A program made the position numbers and the translations under genes. A model generated the notes under the pieces. It was not told where the DNA came from, made no database searches, and worked only from the letters and a program-made list of their open reading frames with translations. A stretch of 64,000 bases of DNA from positions 19,158,001 to 19,222,000 of the forward strand of contig CP075492.1 of assembly GCA_021613535.1 (NCBI GenBank). The letters run 5' to 3'. Shown one piece after another: positions 1 through 13,200 of this stretch (position 1 is its first letter; each line of letters starts with the position of its first letter). The stretch is from Adineta vaga. Lineage: Eukaryota; Animalia; Rotifera.

Positions 1-1
1 T

Positions 2-256
2 CCACTTACAGTTACACTTGAAGGTTCAAATGCAACAACAAATACTACACTACATTTAGGTTCAAGTTGGACATTAATCTATACAGGATCAACAGGTATC
101 GATTGTTCAAATGATCCTGGTCGTTCAAAATATGTTACTCAACAAAATTTTCCAAATACAATGATATTTGCAAGTTATCGACTTTTAATTACTTCACAAC
201 GTGGTATCGAAGACTCAACTCAATATGCAGAAGCTCAAATTTTAGGTTATATTTAA
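2..256 (+). CDS. 3' end of a gene with a galactose-binding-like/F5-8-type beta-sandwich domain (partial, starts upstream of window)
   Basis: Open frame PLTVTLEGSN...SSWTLIY...SYRLLITSQRG...QYAEAQILGYI*, stop TAA at 254-256. Confidence 0.6.
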   Translation, partial: PLTVTLEGSNATTNTTLHLGSSWTLIYTGSTGIDCSNDPGRSKYVTQQNFPNTMIFASYRLLITSQRGIEDSTQYAEAQILGYI

Positions 257-364
257 ACTAAAATCATATTTTTTTCTTTTCTTTTCAGAAGAACTCTTTT
301 TGTTGTGCTTTATTCTTAATTTCTCATACGGATTATAAATAAATCATCTTAAGAGTGCATTTTA

Positions 365-830
365 ATGAATGATAGTATTTTTTTTGAATACGATTAAAAC
401 CTGAATCAGCTATATAAAAATCTCCATTAAATTTATCGAGATAAATTCCTTCTGAATAATATAAATATTCAGTTGTATTTGATTGTTCATTCATAGACGC
501 ATTATATGGTATTCCAATGATAACAGTACCTTTTAATCCAGTATATTGATTAATTCATTTTATTGTTTTATCTTGAGAAACATAAATATTTCCATGACAA
601 TCACATTCAATTCCATTTGGACATACATCACGCATTATAATTTTACCTTGAGTTGAATTTAATGACCAATGTTAAATTCGATTCATATCAGCAACATAAA
701 TATTTTTTTGATTATCAAGATAAAGAGATGTTGGTCCTTTAAGTTTATTTAATTGATCATTTGATGTAGAAGGAACTCCAACTACTATTTCTCCTTCTTT
801 TCGATATTTTGTATTTAATCGATAACTTGA
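365..830 (-). pseudogene. NHL-repeat gene fragment
   Basis: LKGPTSLYLDNQKNIYVAD..RI*HW and GIYLDKFNGDFYIADSGFNRIQK motifs; in-frame TAA at 672-674; 5' part missing. Confidence 0.7.
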
Positions 831-1399
831 CAAATTTACATTTTTTATATTCAAAAATAAATTCAAAAATTCGAATTTCATTCGAGAGTTATGTATACTA
901 CAAAAAGTTTATGAGAGATGGACATGAATTTTTATCATTTGATAGGGCTTTTTATTAACTGGAAAACTATGCATCTAACTGAGACGATTCATATATGTTT
1001 TAAATAATTTTGAGAAAAAAAGTTAAAATTCCTGTACTCCCCTCAGCGATGGTCTGATGTATAATCACATTTTTTTTTTCAATAACTCAACTATTTCTTG
1101 ACGGATTGATTTCATCTTCGAACTCAACCGAGATATTGATGAAACTGAACTGCATAGAATTTTCAATAAAAGGTTCGTCATCACGTACAACATGTGAATT
1201 TTGTCTATTAAAATTTGACATAACCTAAAAAATCAATGAATATATGAAATCTTTTTTTCGATAAAGAAAAAGAGGTATCATTTTATCATGTGACTTTGTA
1301 CAAAATAATATAAAAAATATTCATTAGTCGTGATAATTTTCTCTCAAAGGTAATGATCGGACGAAAAAGAGATGAGTCATTGTCGAATGTTTTTTTTTC

Positions 1400-2380
1400 T
1401 TAATTTATTTTAAATAATTGCTTATTCAACATTGATTTCCCATGAAAAGAAACTTATTGAAGCATATCGAATATTTTTATTTTCGTTTTTAGAAAAAAAG
1501 ATTTTCTTTTTCTAAATCAAGTCATGTTATCGATATTTGTGCTGATGATAATTCATTAAAAAATTCAATTGAACATATATTATTACCATTAAAAGATGAA
1601 TTAGATGAAGATCGTTCATTTAATACAATTCGTTTTTTAAAAACAAAATCTTATTCAAATACAAATGCAATTTATTCTTTTATGTTATTTGTTGAAATAT
1701 TAAAAGAAGTTCCACAAAGTGATCAAGGTAAAGATTATATGTTAAAAATATTTAAATTCTCAAGAAGAAGAAATACTTTTTAATATTGGAACTATTTTTA
1801 AAATTGATTCAATTGAAAAAGAAGAAGAATTTTGGCGAATTAAAATTCATGCAATTGATGAAGGTACAAATGAAAAGAGAAAAAATTTGAAAAAACAAAT
1901 ATTAATCTTTTATTTGGTCGATTATTAATTCATATGAGTTTATTTGATAAAACTGAAATAATATAATTAGATGCGCATAAAATTTTTCATGAATTAGAAC
2001 CTATCCTTCTTATGGAGAAATACTTTGATGTCAAAGTATATTAGATGAGATTTCATTAGAAAGAAAACAATATCAACAAGCTGAAAGTTTTTATTATGTT
2101 TCATTTGATATGGCTAAAAAAATATTTCTTTTGGTGATTCACGTTTAATTAATTGTATAAATGCATGAGCAAATTTTTATCAAAAACAAGGTAATACTTC
2201 TTATGCTTTATATTTTTGTTATCAACAATTTATTAAATGATAAAAATTCTTATAGAAGAGCTTTAGAATATATTGTTATATTTAAGCAAATGAATTATAT
2301 AAAAAAACTTATCTAAAAAATCATTCATTAATAATTAATACACAAAAACAAATAAATAATTTTAAAAAAATGAATATTAT
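1400..2380 (+). pseudogene. Degraded ADP-ribosyltransferase/TPR gene
   Basis: FMLFVEILKEVPQSDQGKDYML followed almost directly by EEEILFNIGTIFKIDSI (ART catalytic-Glu region), then TPR-like helices with stops and frameshifts. Confidence 0.55.
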
Positions 2381-2805
2381 TCAAAAATCTTTTGAACAGG
2401 AACCAATTCTTATTGATTATTTAGATCAATTTATGTTTAATACTAATTCTATTCATTTAAATAATCAATCTTCTTCGCTTCAAACATTTGACAATTCATT
2501 CGATATAGAACATTAAAACATCAAATGATCAAGATGATACAAAACTTAATTCAAATTCTTCTGTTCATTTATCAAATAATAAATTCTCATCATTATCGAT
2601 GATTTAAATCATTATTTAGAAGGAATAAAACTATTTTTTTCCATAAGACTCCTCCCTACAGTCGAGGGAACAATTACATTAGTAAAAGAATTTATGTGAT
2701 TATCTATAAGAAGAAAATTGATTTGAAATTTTTAATTTGTCTTTTATGATTTTGTTTTTATTTAATTGTTTCTACTAAATATATTTCTTTTCTTAAAATT
2801 TTTAG

Positions 2806-4291
2806 ATGAATGATAATATCGAACAAGATTTACCGAATACTAATTCAGCGTCTGGTTATGTTCGTCTTCCAAGTGATGATAATCAAATAAATAGAAACTA
2901 TGTGATTTTAACTTACAAACAAATCTTAACTGCTGTTTTATGTGTATTAACAGTAATTATTCTTTTAGTGATTGTAATTCTAACAATTTTATTAAAAACA
3001 AACAATCAAACTATTTATATATCATATAACACAACAACAACAACATCAACGAAAATAACAACTGAATTTCTCTCAAAAATTGAAAGTTAGAAAGATATTT
3101 TTTTATTTGAATAGAATTCTAATATTGTTAATTAAGATATCTATTAAGTTTTATAAAAAAAAATGAATGAGAAATAATATGAATAGATTTGACATTTTCG
3201 ATTTCGATTTTACGTTAGTTTTTTAGTTTTTATTTTCGTTCAATCTTTTTCGAATATCATTAATAGTATGAAAATGTTTACTTTATTTTTCTTTCTTCAT
3301 TATTTAGCATCAACAACTCAACTCGTATTATCATCATTATCTTGTCCTATTCCAATTACAAAAGCTGAATGGAATCGAGAAAGTACTATTTTCGTAAATC
3401 CTCTTGCTCGATGTGTATCAACTGAAAATGGACTTTGTAAAGCACAAGATTTATTTATTGATAATATTCATGATAATCTTTATGTTGTTGATACAGACAA
3501 TAATCGTATACAAAAATATTCCTTAATTGAACCATATGATCCACAACAAGGTGCAGTTGGTTTAACTGTTGCTTCAAAAGGTCTTATTGAACCTCAAAGT
3601 ATATTTGTTGATAGTCAAACAGAAGATATGTATATATTAGATCATAAAACTAAAATAACAAAGTTGACATTTCAATTCAGCCTATCGTGTTCAATTATGG
3701 AAAAAAAATGATCAAATTGGAAGAATATTATTCAGTGAAGTAGGTGAATATGGATTTGGAAAGAATCACGCAGCATACTTAACATTAGATAAGGAAATGA
3801 ATATTTACGTTGGAACAAGATTTTATATAAGAAAATGGTTATCATCCAGTAATTATACTCAACGAATAATGATAGCAGGAAAGAATGATCAAGGTGGAAA
3901 TGGAACAAGTGATTTGTATGATTCCTATGCTTTCTATATTGATAATGATTTAACATTATATATTGCTGATTGGGAAAATCATCGAATACAAAAATGGTTG
4001 TTTAATGCAAGTGAAGGTGTCACCCTGGTACATAATTTAACATATATTTATGGATTAACAATGGGTTGTAATGGACATCTTTATTATACTGATACAAGGG
4101 AGCAATCAATTTCTCAATTAAATTTAAAAACTAATGAAAAGACAATTATTATTGGGAATGAAAATCGCTTAAAAAACAAGAAATTGTTTTTTCCCTCAGC
4201 GATGAAATTTGATAAATTTGGGAATATTTTCGTCATCGTCATTGATAGTACAGCGACACAAATACGAAAATTTTCGATCATACGAAACTAA
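2806..4291 (+). CDS. Membrane-anchored NHL-repeat (beta-propeller) protein, one apparent frameshift
   Basis: TM exon 2806-3085, intron 3086-3307 phase-compatible; NHL motifs LYVVDTDNNRIQKY, LYIADWENHRIQKW; frame change near 3645-3680. Confidence 0.75.
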
Positions 4292-4791
4292 TTTTTCATC
4301 TTAATAAAAGACGTTTTTTCAAAAACCATTTCTATAAAACTAACAAATAATCTTCTTTTAATATTTTTATTTGATGTTTACGATTTTAGATATAAATTTT
4401 TAGATCTTTTTATATTCAAACAAATGGATTCATCGAAAAATTCGTTGAGGAAGTAAATATTTATAAAACATTAATCTTTGATCTTTAAAGACAAGTAGCT
4501 TGATGATATTACACCTTTTAGGTATTTCTTCCTCTTTGCTCGCGTCTTATCTGATGCAAATACATACTTATAAATGTAAATCTTAGAACTGAATTGGATA
4601 GAAATTTCAAAAGAGATCAAATTATAATTCGTGTTTCATGTATTTTAATACTATTGGTTTTATTCATTTTTGTAATTATCATTATTAGAATTATTAAATG
4701 AGAAATTAGTAAGAAATGTTCTTACACATATTTATTCATGAAAAAGAAAAAATGAATAATTATAGATTATAGAGAAAATATTTCATCGAAT

Positions 4792-5320
4792 TTATTGACG
4801 ATTATTTATTGTCATACTTAATCCTATTGAATTTCTTCGTCGAGAAAAATATTTTTTAAAAGAATTTTTCAATGGTTCAGTAAAATGAAATAAAGTAATC
4901 AGAATTAATGGATATGGAACGACAGTAAATACATGTGAAATTCGATAATGATATTTTGGAGGATTTGTAAAAAATGACATAAATATAAATGATACATATG
5001 GAATACCAAATATTAAGAGCATTAATATAAGTATAACAATTTGTTTTATCATTTTTAATTCTTGTCGTGCACGATTTAAAAGATTTAGAGATATTGTTGT
5101 ATTTTTAATTGATTTTACATAAAATATTAAACGAAAATAAAGAAATATAATTATTGAAACAGGTAATATATAAGTACAAGATGATATCCAAATAACAGGA
5201 AAATTAAATGAAAAATATATTTCACAATTTTGATTGTCAACATTATAAATAATATAACCAGTAAATAAAGCAATGAATGGAAATAATAAACAAAAAAGAA
5301 ATGATATAATTTACATTTAA
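4792..5320 (-). pseudogene. 3' half of a class A-like orphan GPCR (about TM4-TM7), 5' part lost
   Basis: Frame YNVDNQNC...YILPVSIIIFLYFRL...RARQELKMIKQIV...GIPY; abuts the hAT fragment. Confidence 0.7.
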
Positions 5321-5324
5321 CAAT

Positions 5325-5798
5325 TTTTTTGCTACAGAATATGCCACGACTACTGACAACAACATAAGTCACATTCAAATTTACATTCACTTTATAGATA
5401 TCGCTAATATCAGTTAGTGTAGCAAGTGTAGAGAGATCTTTCAGTAAAATGAAATTAGTAAAAAATAGATTACGAACGACAATGAAGGATGATCGTTTAC
5501 ATTTGTTGCTCATGTGCACATTAGAAATACCAATCTTAGATCAAATTGATAATAAAGACTTGCTTCAAAAGTCGTCAACAAATAAAACTGGTCGTCGAAT
5601 TTAGCTTTTTTGTTTGCTTTTTGTTTTATGAAAATTAGTTTTAATTAAATATATGATGAACAGACAAAGTGATATATTTCACTTTTTTTATCATTATATA
5701 TTAATAGTTTAATTTCTTACATTTCCAACGATTTTGCAAATTTTCTTCCATTTTGGAAAATACCCTCCCTCTGCTTTTATCTCTTCGCGCCGCCACTG
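5325..5798 (+). mobile_element. hAT transposon right end (dimerisation-domain remnant plus terminal inverted repeat)
   Basis: SVSVASVERSFSKMKLVKNRLRTTMKDDRL is a hAT C-terminal motif; ends ...CTCTTCGCGCCGCCACTG (reverse complement CAGTGGCGG). Confidence 0.8.
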
Positions 5799-6319
5799 TT
5801 TTCATCAATAAATCGTTATTTTTCAATTTCAATTTTTCTACTAAATACATTTAATGTTATTCGTACAAATAAATTTATTAAATATAAATAAAATTTTGTC
5901 ATTAATTAAAATCTTGTTGTTCATATTGTTTGATGTCTTTTTCTCTATAGGTTGGAATTATTGTTGTCTTTAGTTTATCAATGAATTTTTAGAAATTTTA
6001 TTCATCATGAATTGTTTTCTCACTTTATAAATGCAAATCTTGAATTTAGTTCTAATGTTGATGTGTTTTTCAAAAAAGTAAGAATAAATCAGTAAAAAGA
6101 ATGCTGAGAACGAAATATTTTAGCTCATAAATAGGGTGAGTATGTGGTTGAAGGTTGAGAGAACTTATATTAAAATTTAAACCTATTATTTATCAATTAT
6201 CAGTGATTTATTTGATCAAATTATATACAAGAACTTTCTTCATTAATCAACTTCCAAACAGAAAATAAAATAAAACGTTTTAAATTATTATCCATACATT
6301 AAAATATGTCATTATGCGT

Positions 6320-6570
6320 AGACAAAAAAAAACATTTTCAGTTTTTACTTTTCTAACAACCACATCTCAATGATTATATAAAAAAGAAAGAACTAAATTC
6401 AAAGTATAGTTTTACATACAGATGAATTTCAAGGTTTTCCAAATGTTCGATAAATACTGATGAAAACTGTAAATGAGAAATCTGTTTTTTAGATTCGAAT
6501 TCTTTTTAGATGAAGACTTAAAAAAAACTAAAGAACGTTTTGTTTGAAAAATAGAGAGAAAATCTGTGAG
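6320..6570. repeat. Diverged direct repeat, copy 1 (copy 2 at ~9785-10045)
   Basis: Shared blocks AAAGTATA.TTTTACATACAGATG, CAAGGTTT..CAAATGTTC.ATAAATAC, GACTTAAAA, AAATAGAG. Confidence 0.6.
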
Positions 6571-6613
6571 AAAAAGTAGAAGCAGAATGGATGGGAAAAG
6601 ACAGAAGAAAAGG

Positions 6614-6656
6614 TTGAGGGTGATGGTACTTCTTGTTCACCCACACCCACCCTCAA
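6614..6656. repeat. Telomeric-repeat hairpin mini-element
   Basis: TTGAGGGTG..spacer..CACCCACACCCACCCTCAA. Confidence 0.75.
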
Positions 6657-7423
6657 ATATAATTATAAAATTAAAAGTGACACGTTCATACAGATGAAAT
6701 AAATCCTAAAGGTGATCGCTTCAGTATTACAAAGAAATTTTTCGTCTCTCAGTCTGCACGGTAGAAAAGTACGAAAACGCCAAGTTCTTCAAAGAAAATA
6801 TCCATTCAATAATCATATTTACACAATGATGGAAGAAATTTGGTAAATTACGAAGATAACGAGACCTAGAGAGGTAAACCAGTACGTATTAATTTACATT
6901 TCATTCCTTTCTTTCATTGTAGATTTATTTTTTCTGAGAAAAACTTTGTATACAACTAGACTATTTTTGTTGGCAGCTAAATTGCCATCAATTTTAATAA
7001 CTTTCTCATTTCCACAAGCAAAAAAACAAGGACTGGGATAAGAGAAAGAATAGACAAGGGACTTTTTGCAAATAATACTTCGTCAATAATGAAGTTAAGT
7101 TTTTTGTTTTGAATGATGGAGACGAAGTGTTTTTAATATTAAGAGTTTTATGATATCATACTATAGATGAATATTCCTTATCAAATCTAATAAACTTATT
7201 TCTCTTGTATATATAAAAGTAAATTATAAAATATAGAAGAATTTAATGAATATATCCATAATTTTGAATCTAATATACTCATCAGTGAACATACACAATA
7301 GAAAACAACATCGATACATTTCAATGAAAATAATATGTTTTTGTTTCTTCAATTTTCTTCAATTTATTTGTGTTATTGATGAGTCATGATAGTCATCATC
7401 AAAAGAATTGCTTGACTTATTTG

Positions 7424-8445
7424 TCATCGATGTTGGAGATGACACAGCAATAATACAATCAATGCTTTAATAAATGTTCTCCGAAATAGATGCGATGTTA
7501 GTAATGAAACATAAAATGATTTAACATTGTTTAAATAATAAAAACGATTTGTAAGAGTATAAAAGAAATATATTATGTATCGTTGTTCACTATTTGGTGC
7601 ACTATTAAAAAAAACTGTCCACAATAAATACATAATCATCCATTGTAATGAAATAAAAGCTGTTGCAAGAATTTGTGTAAAGATCATTTTAATGAATTGA
7701 TTTCGAGTACGACGTACATTAGCTCTTAATCCTCCCTATGAAAAAATTCGTATCTACTTTTTAGAAAGTATATTTATCAACTTACGGCTCGTTTACGACT
7801 CTGTTGAACATTTCGAAAGGTCAACACAACGAACATAAACATTGCTATTGGTTGCATAAAACCATTCAATACAATATACAAAATATTATTAATTAATGGA
7901 TGCGTCTGTACACATCCTACTGTATTCACATATTCAAAAAGGATAAGACCACGTGTCGAAGCCAAACAACTAGTAAAAATAGTAATACCAATGAACCATG
8001 GAAACATTTTAAGTTGATTGATACGACGAATAGGTGACGTTAAACTACATGTAGAAGCATAGCTGTCAATAACAGACATTAGTAAGAAATTAATCGATAA
8101 GTGAGGTAGTAATCCAAGAATAAATATTTGGATTTTGCACAGACTTGGTAATCTTATCCATGGAATATAGATTCCATACATTGCACTAAGATAATTTATT
8201 AAGAAATTAAAAAGAAAATGCATCACATCAATAAATGAACCACAAAGTGAATAGATACAACATGTATTTGAACGAAGTTCAGGTTGTAAATAAGTAAAAA
8301 CATTACCAAGAAATCCTATTAAACCAAAAATAAGAAATATCAAAGGAAGATAATTCACAAATCGATTCAATACAATATCGAGAATTATGATAGTGTTCGA
8401 TGCTATAGTTGAAGTAATATTACTTGTCATGTTGTTTGCGGACAT
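7424..8445 (-). CDS. Class A-like orphan GPCR, 2 exons
   Basis: Seven hydrophobic segments, GN in TM1, DSY at the DRY position; intron 7736-7785 in phase. Confidence 0.85.
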
Positions 8446-9784
8446 TTTAAATGAAATAATGAGAAAGTATTCAATATATTTGGGTTTATATTCTCATCAA
8501 ATCACCTCAAGGTTCAATTACTAATATAAAACCATGATAGCATAATAGATTTTATCGGCTGACCTTAACATTTTTAAATTATGAAAAGTATGGTATAAGA
8601 GTAAAATCTGAGAAAAGAACTATAGGTTAAAGTGCGATTTCAATCAGTTGCTGTTCAAGAGAAAAGATAAATTTACTTTGTATCATGTTCTTCAAATATC
8701 TATACTCCCTAATTGTTCCATCGATCTATACTGAAAGAACTTTTCTTCATTTCTAATGTCAGTTGACATTAGTGCTAATGTATATGTAACGAATATTTAG
8801 AAAGACTTATTCGATTGAATATTCACTGCGATGAACTAATTCACAATGTTAAAACTTTAGAAGCAAATGCAATTTGAAATGATTGTGTTAGCACAAATCA
8901 TAGTATTTGAAGAAGTTTATAAAAAATATTGCTATCAGCATATGACTAGGAAGATCTCGTTTGAGTAAGATAAATCATTTCGGACAATATTAATTCTTGA
9001 AAGCGATAGTTGAGGGCAAATTTCCCCAGTCACCGGGGGTATAAAAGGACGATTCTGTACTTCTGTTCTTATTAATTCCTAAGAGAGGTGTTACATAAAT
9101 TTATAAATCATTCATCGAGAGTTGGTATCATTACAAAAGAAGTAGTTCTTTTATACAATATATAAATCAAAGTAAAGAGAACACAATAAATGAAATTTCA
9201 TCTGAATCTTCATTAATAAATGATTTTAATAATGGCTATCGACGGGGGTATTGACGTCAGTATGAATGGCTTTAGGTATACAATTTTCTATTCAATTTTT
9301 TATTACCAAGTGCATTTATTATAAAATTCATAATAGAGTAAAAGATACAGTATGATATTCTCGCTTTTTACGAAAGATTAGTTATTTTCCAGTTGTATTT
9401 ATGATTGTGAAAGTGGAGGGAACTTTGAAGGATCACAGGATGAGATGGACGATGAGGATTTGAGTATGAGATGTCAGAGCTGGACAATCCAATTCAACTT
9501 AACCCATAAACTGAATAGAATTGTTTTGAGCTGACGAATATGGTTGCTTAAATCTGTAATACAAAGAGAAGAAACTATGAGAAAATAGATGTTTACTATG
9601 CAAATATTTTTACAGCTATCGTTACTTTCGTCCTCATCCAAATCTGTATTTTCTTCTTATATATCAATGATCAAAACCAGATTAAAATTTTGATAGTTTA
9701 AAATGAAAAATGCACTGTGGAATAAATTTAGAAAAAGAGATTATAAAATATTATGAATGCATTATAGCATGTCTGTATATCAAC

Positions 9785-10045
9785 AAAAAAAAACATTTTC
9801 TATGTTTTCCGTTTTAACAATCATATCTTACAGGTTAAATAGGAGAGAAAAAACTAAAGTTAAAGTATAATTTTACATACAGATGGACCCCCAAGGTTTG
9901 TCAAATGTTCAATAAATACGAATGAAAAGTGATAATGACAAAACGTTTTTCACTACTGAAAGAATATTCGTAGAATATTCCTTTTAGACAGAGACTTAAA
10001 ACTAAAACAACTACTGTTCGAGAAATAGAGCGGACATCTGTATGA
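9785..10045. repeat. Diverged direct repeat, copy 2
   Basis: Collinear similarity to 6320-6570. Confidence 0.6.
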
Positions 10046-10272
10046 AATGACGACGTAGTTCTTTCGTAGTGTAATGAACATCTCTTGAAATCATTTAATA
10101 GTGTAGAAGAAGAATATTCTTGATTTTTGGTTATTTTATAAGTTCAATAGTTTTTCTACCTTGTAGCTCTATAGACAGAAGTATGATATGATGCAGAGTT
10201 TCTCCCGCTTAATTACTTAAGTTTATTTGTGACAAAAACAAATCAACCGATTAATTCATCTAGATCAATCAA

Positions 10273-13200
10273 ATGTGGTTGAACGTCAGGCAACAATTTA
10301 GAGTTGTGTTTTTCATATCCGTTCTATGCAACACATGTACTACCTCTCGTCTAATGTACGACACAAATGGTTACAAGAGCACATTCGATTGTTTACATGT
10401 TGTACATATTAAAAATTATGAATTTGTGAATGCTATTAATGTCGATTTTACGGTAGCCTTTGAGATAGTGCGATATTGTCGTCGATTGGCAGAAAAAACT
10501 ATTGGCCGGTTGTTTAATGATAATAAAACTACCGCTAATGGTCGACATTTAACATTCAATCAATTGCGTGAAATGAATATTTCAAGTAATCAATTACTTG
10601 ACTGGTATGTACCATTGGATACCATTGAAGAGTATGTATCAAACAAGGAAACAGGCTTCGTTTTCATTTGTTCTAATCTTTGGTTCGGATCACAATGTCA
10701 ATATACGTTCGACTCAAATGCACACTTTACAAAGCTTGTCAAAGAACGACAAACGAAGAAACAACAACCGATTAACGATGTCTCATCTATCACAAATGGT
10801 ACATGTTATATTATGCACTATGAAGAATGTAAATCTGTCATTTGTTTGGACTGGCGTGAAATATGTGATGGTTAGTAAATACATTCTGAGATCTATCCGA
10901 ATTCCACAAATTACGAGAAAACTACACTAGTACGAGTACATAGAAATCAATTATCGTATTATAGGAGTATAGCTTGCATTTAATTCTTTAATTCTCACTC
11001 ATATTCTCAGTAAAAAAGCGAATTTGCTCTTTTTTGACTTCAGGTAAAATCGACTGTAGCAATGGATTCGATGAGTATTATTGTCATGAACTTGAAATGA
11101 ATGAATGTGATCCGAAAACTGAATATCGTTGTTCCAATGCACAATGTATCGATCAAGAACTCTGTGGAAACTATGAGTCTGAATGTTTGGATGCATCTGA
11201 TGAGGTCACGTTAACATTTAAAGATTGTAAAGTATTCGATTATTTGATGGGCTGTGAAAATCATGCATGCACTTCATTATTGTTTTCGTGTGGCGATGGT
11301 CATTGTTATGATGGACCGAATGTTCAACATGATGATCGATGTATAACTGAACGAGATCGTCTCTATTTTAACCAAATGCCACCATCAACACTCATATTAT
11401 ATTCACATATACATTTGATTTATAATGATACTAAACCAGAAGCAATCTGTTTTAATCAGACATTATGTCCATATCTTGTCATTGAGAACAAAATGGCAAT
11501 GACTCAAACACATAATAGTTTAACATGCCGATTATTCGATACATTTACTAATGAAACATATGTTAAGTTCGACGATATGCTGAAAGACGTCAAACGCTTC
11601 ATACGCTCATGCTCACTGCTACCACAAGATAGTCAAATAAATCAATGTTCATTATTTCAATGCGATGATCAAAGTAAATGTTTATCCTATCATCGACTAT
11701 CGGATGGTACTAGTGATTGTGCGAATGAAGAAGATGAACGTCATCTTAATACATGTTCATTCAACCTTCCTTATCGATTCAAATGTGATAATGGAACACG
11801 ATGTCTACTTAGACCACTGCTTTTGGATAAGATTGTAAGTAAACTTGAAACATTCTTAACACGTAAACATAACATATTTTTAGTCTCAGTGCTTTGACAA
11901 GACTGATGAACGTATGGAACATCTGACCGTATGTCAAGACTCTTTTAGCGACCCATGTCGTATTCATCGAGGAAAGTCAGCTCGTTTTAACCTAACTTTT
12001 TCTGAGCTTTGCAATGGCGTTGTTGAACGAATTTCTCATATGTCAAACGATACAGATGAATCACACTGTACCGACAGCGGATGGCCTTGTTCTACGCATT
12101 ATACCGATTGTAATTGGATATGGAATTGTCCAGATGGAAGTGATGAACTAAACAGCTGTGACTTTACTACTCTCAGTGCTCTTCACTGTAATAATTCGAA
12201 GCATTTTTGCTTGAGTATTCATAATGGTCATCCAATATGTTTACCAAAAATGCAAGCTGCTGATGGCATCGTCGATTGTGTTGGTGCCATTGATGAACAA
12301 GAATTTTGTCGAATGAAATATCCAAACAAGGATATTCGTTGGTTTCGATGTCAGAATTCAGATATTTGTATTCAACGCCAACAAATATGTAATTGCCATC
12401 GAGATTGTCCCTACAATGATGATGAAACAATTGCATGCATTTGGCTCAATAATGATCGACAGACTTTGTGTGATTCTGAACAATTTCGATGCCGAGATGG
12501 TCGATATATAAATAACAGTAAATAGTTTATCATGTCTAAATTTCTCAAAAAGAAAAAGCATCAAAGTTTGTGTCAAGTTCTCGTTCAAAAATTTTCATAT
12601 AGCCATCTATTTGATATGAGAAGTAAAAGAAATACATGTATAGGAGCAGTAGCGTAACATCATCTGAGAAATGAGATGCTCCATCATAGATTGTTAATTT
12701 TCTTAAATCATGTTGATCAAAATAGATCCTTTAGCAAATTAAACATCTTTTTTAATCAAATGATTGATACCTTGATTGATATAGATCAATGTGACGTTAC
12801 TACGATGTGCTTAGAAGGTGAAGATCATCTCTTTTGTGAATTCACCAATGAGCAAAATGTACCATTCTTTGATACATATATATTTCCTGAGTATCCAAGC
12901 CCAAAAGTTAACCATGTGCTAGATTATCGCGATTCAGAACAACAACCAGCAACATTGACCAATATCGTCTTATGGCAGTGTAATTCTGGTATGTATGTTC
13001 GTTCAACCATTCATCCACCTGGCTTTTTTTGTCTCTGTCCTAATTATTATTATGGTGATCGTTGCCAATTTCAACGAAAACGAATTTCTCTTATACTTTA
13101 CCTTCGCATAGGAAATTTCGTTGATAATCAAATTCCAATATTCAAATTTGTCGTTTTATTAGTGCGACATAATACTACATCGCCTATTATATCTCATGAA

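Noticed and set aside
830-1250. Possible transposon/Helitron relic truncating the NHL fragment
   Set aside because: Repeat-like texture, but no terminus, TIR pair or coding motif could be fixed.
5151-5519. Listed 122-aa minus-strand ORF
   Set aside because: Chimeric shadow of the hAT remnant (plus strand) and the GPCR fragment (another frame).
8640-9500. Decayed coding fragments and very degenerate telomeric hairpins (also 6133, 48840, 52672, 55770)
   Set aside because: Too degraded or single-armed to support a call.
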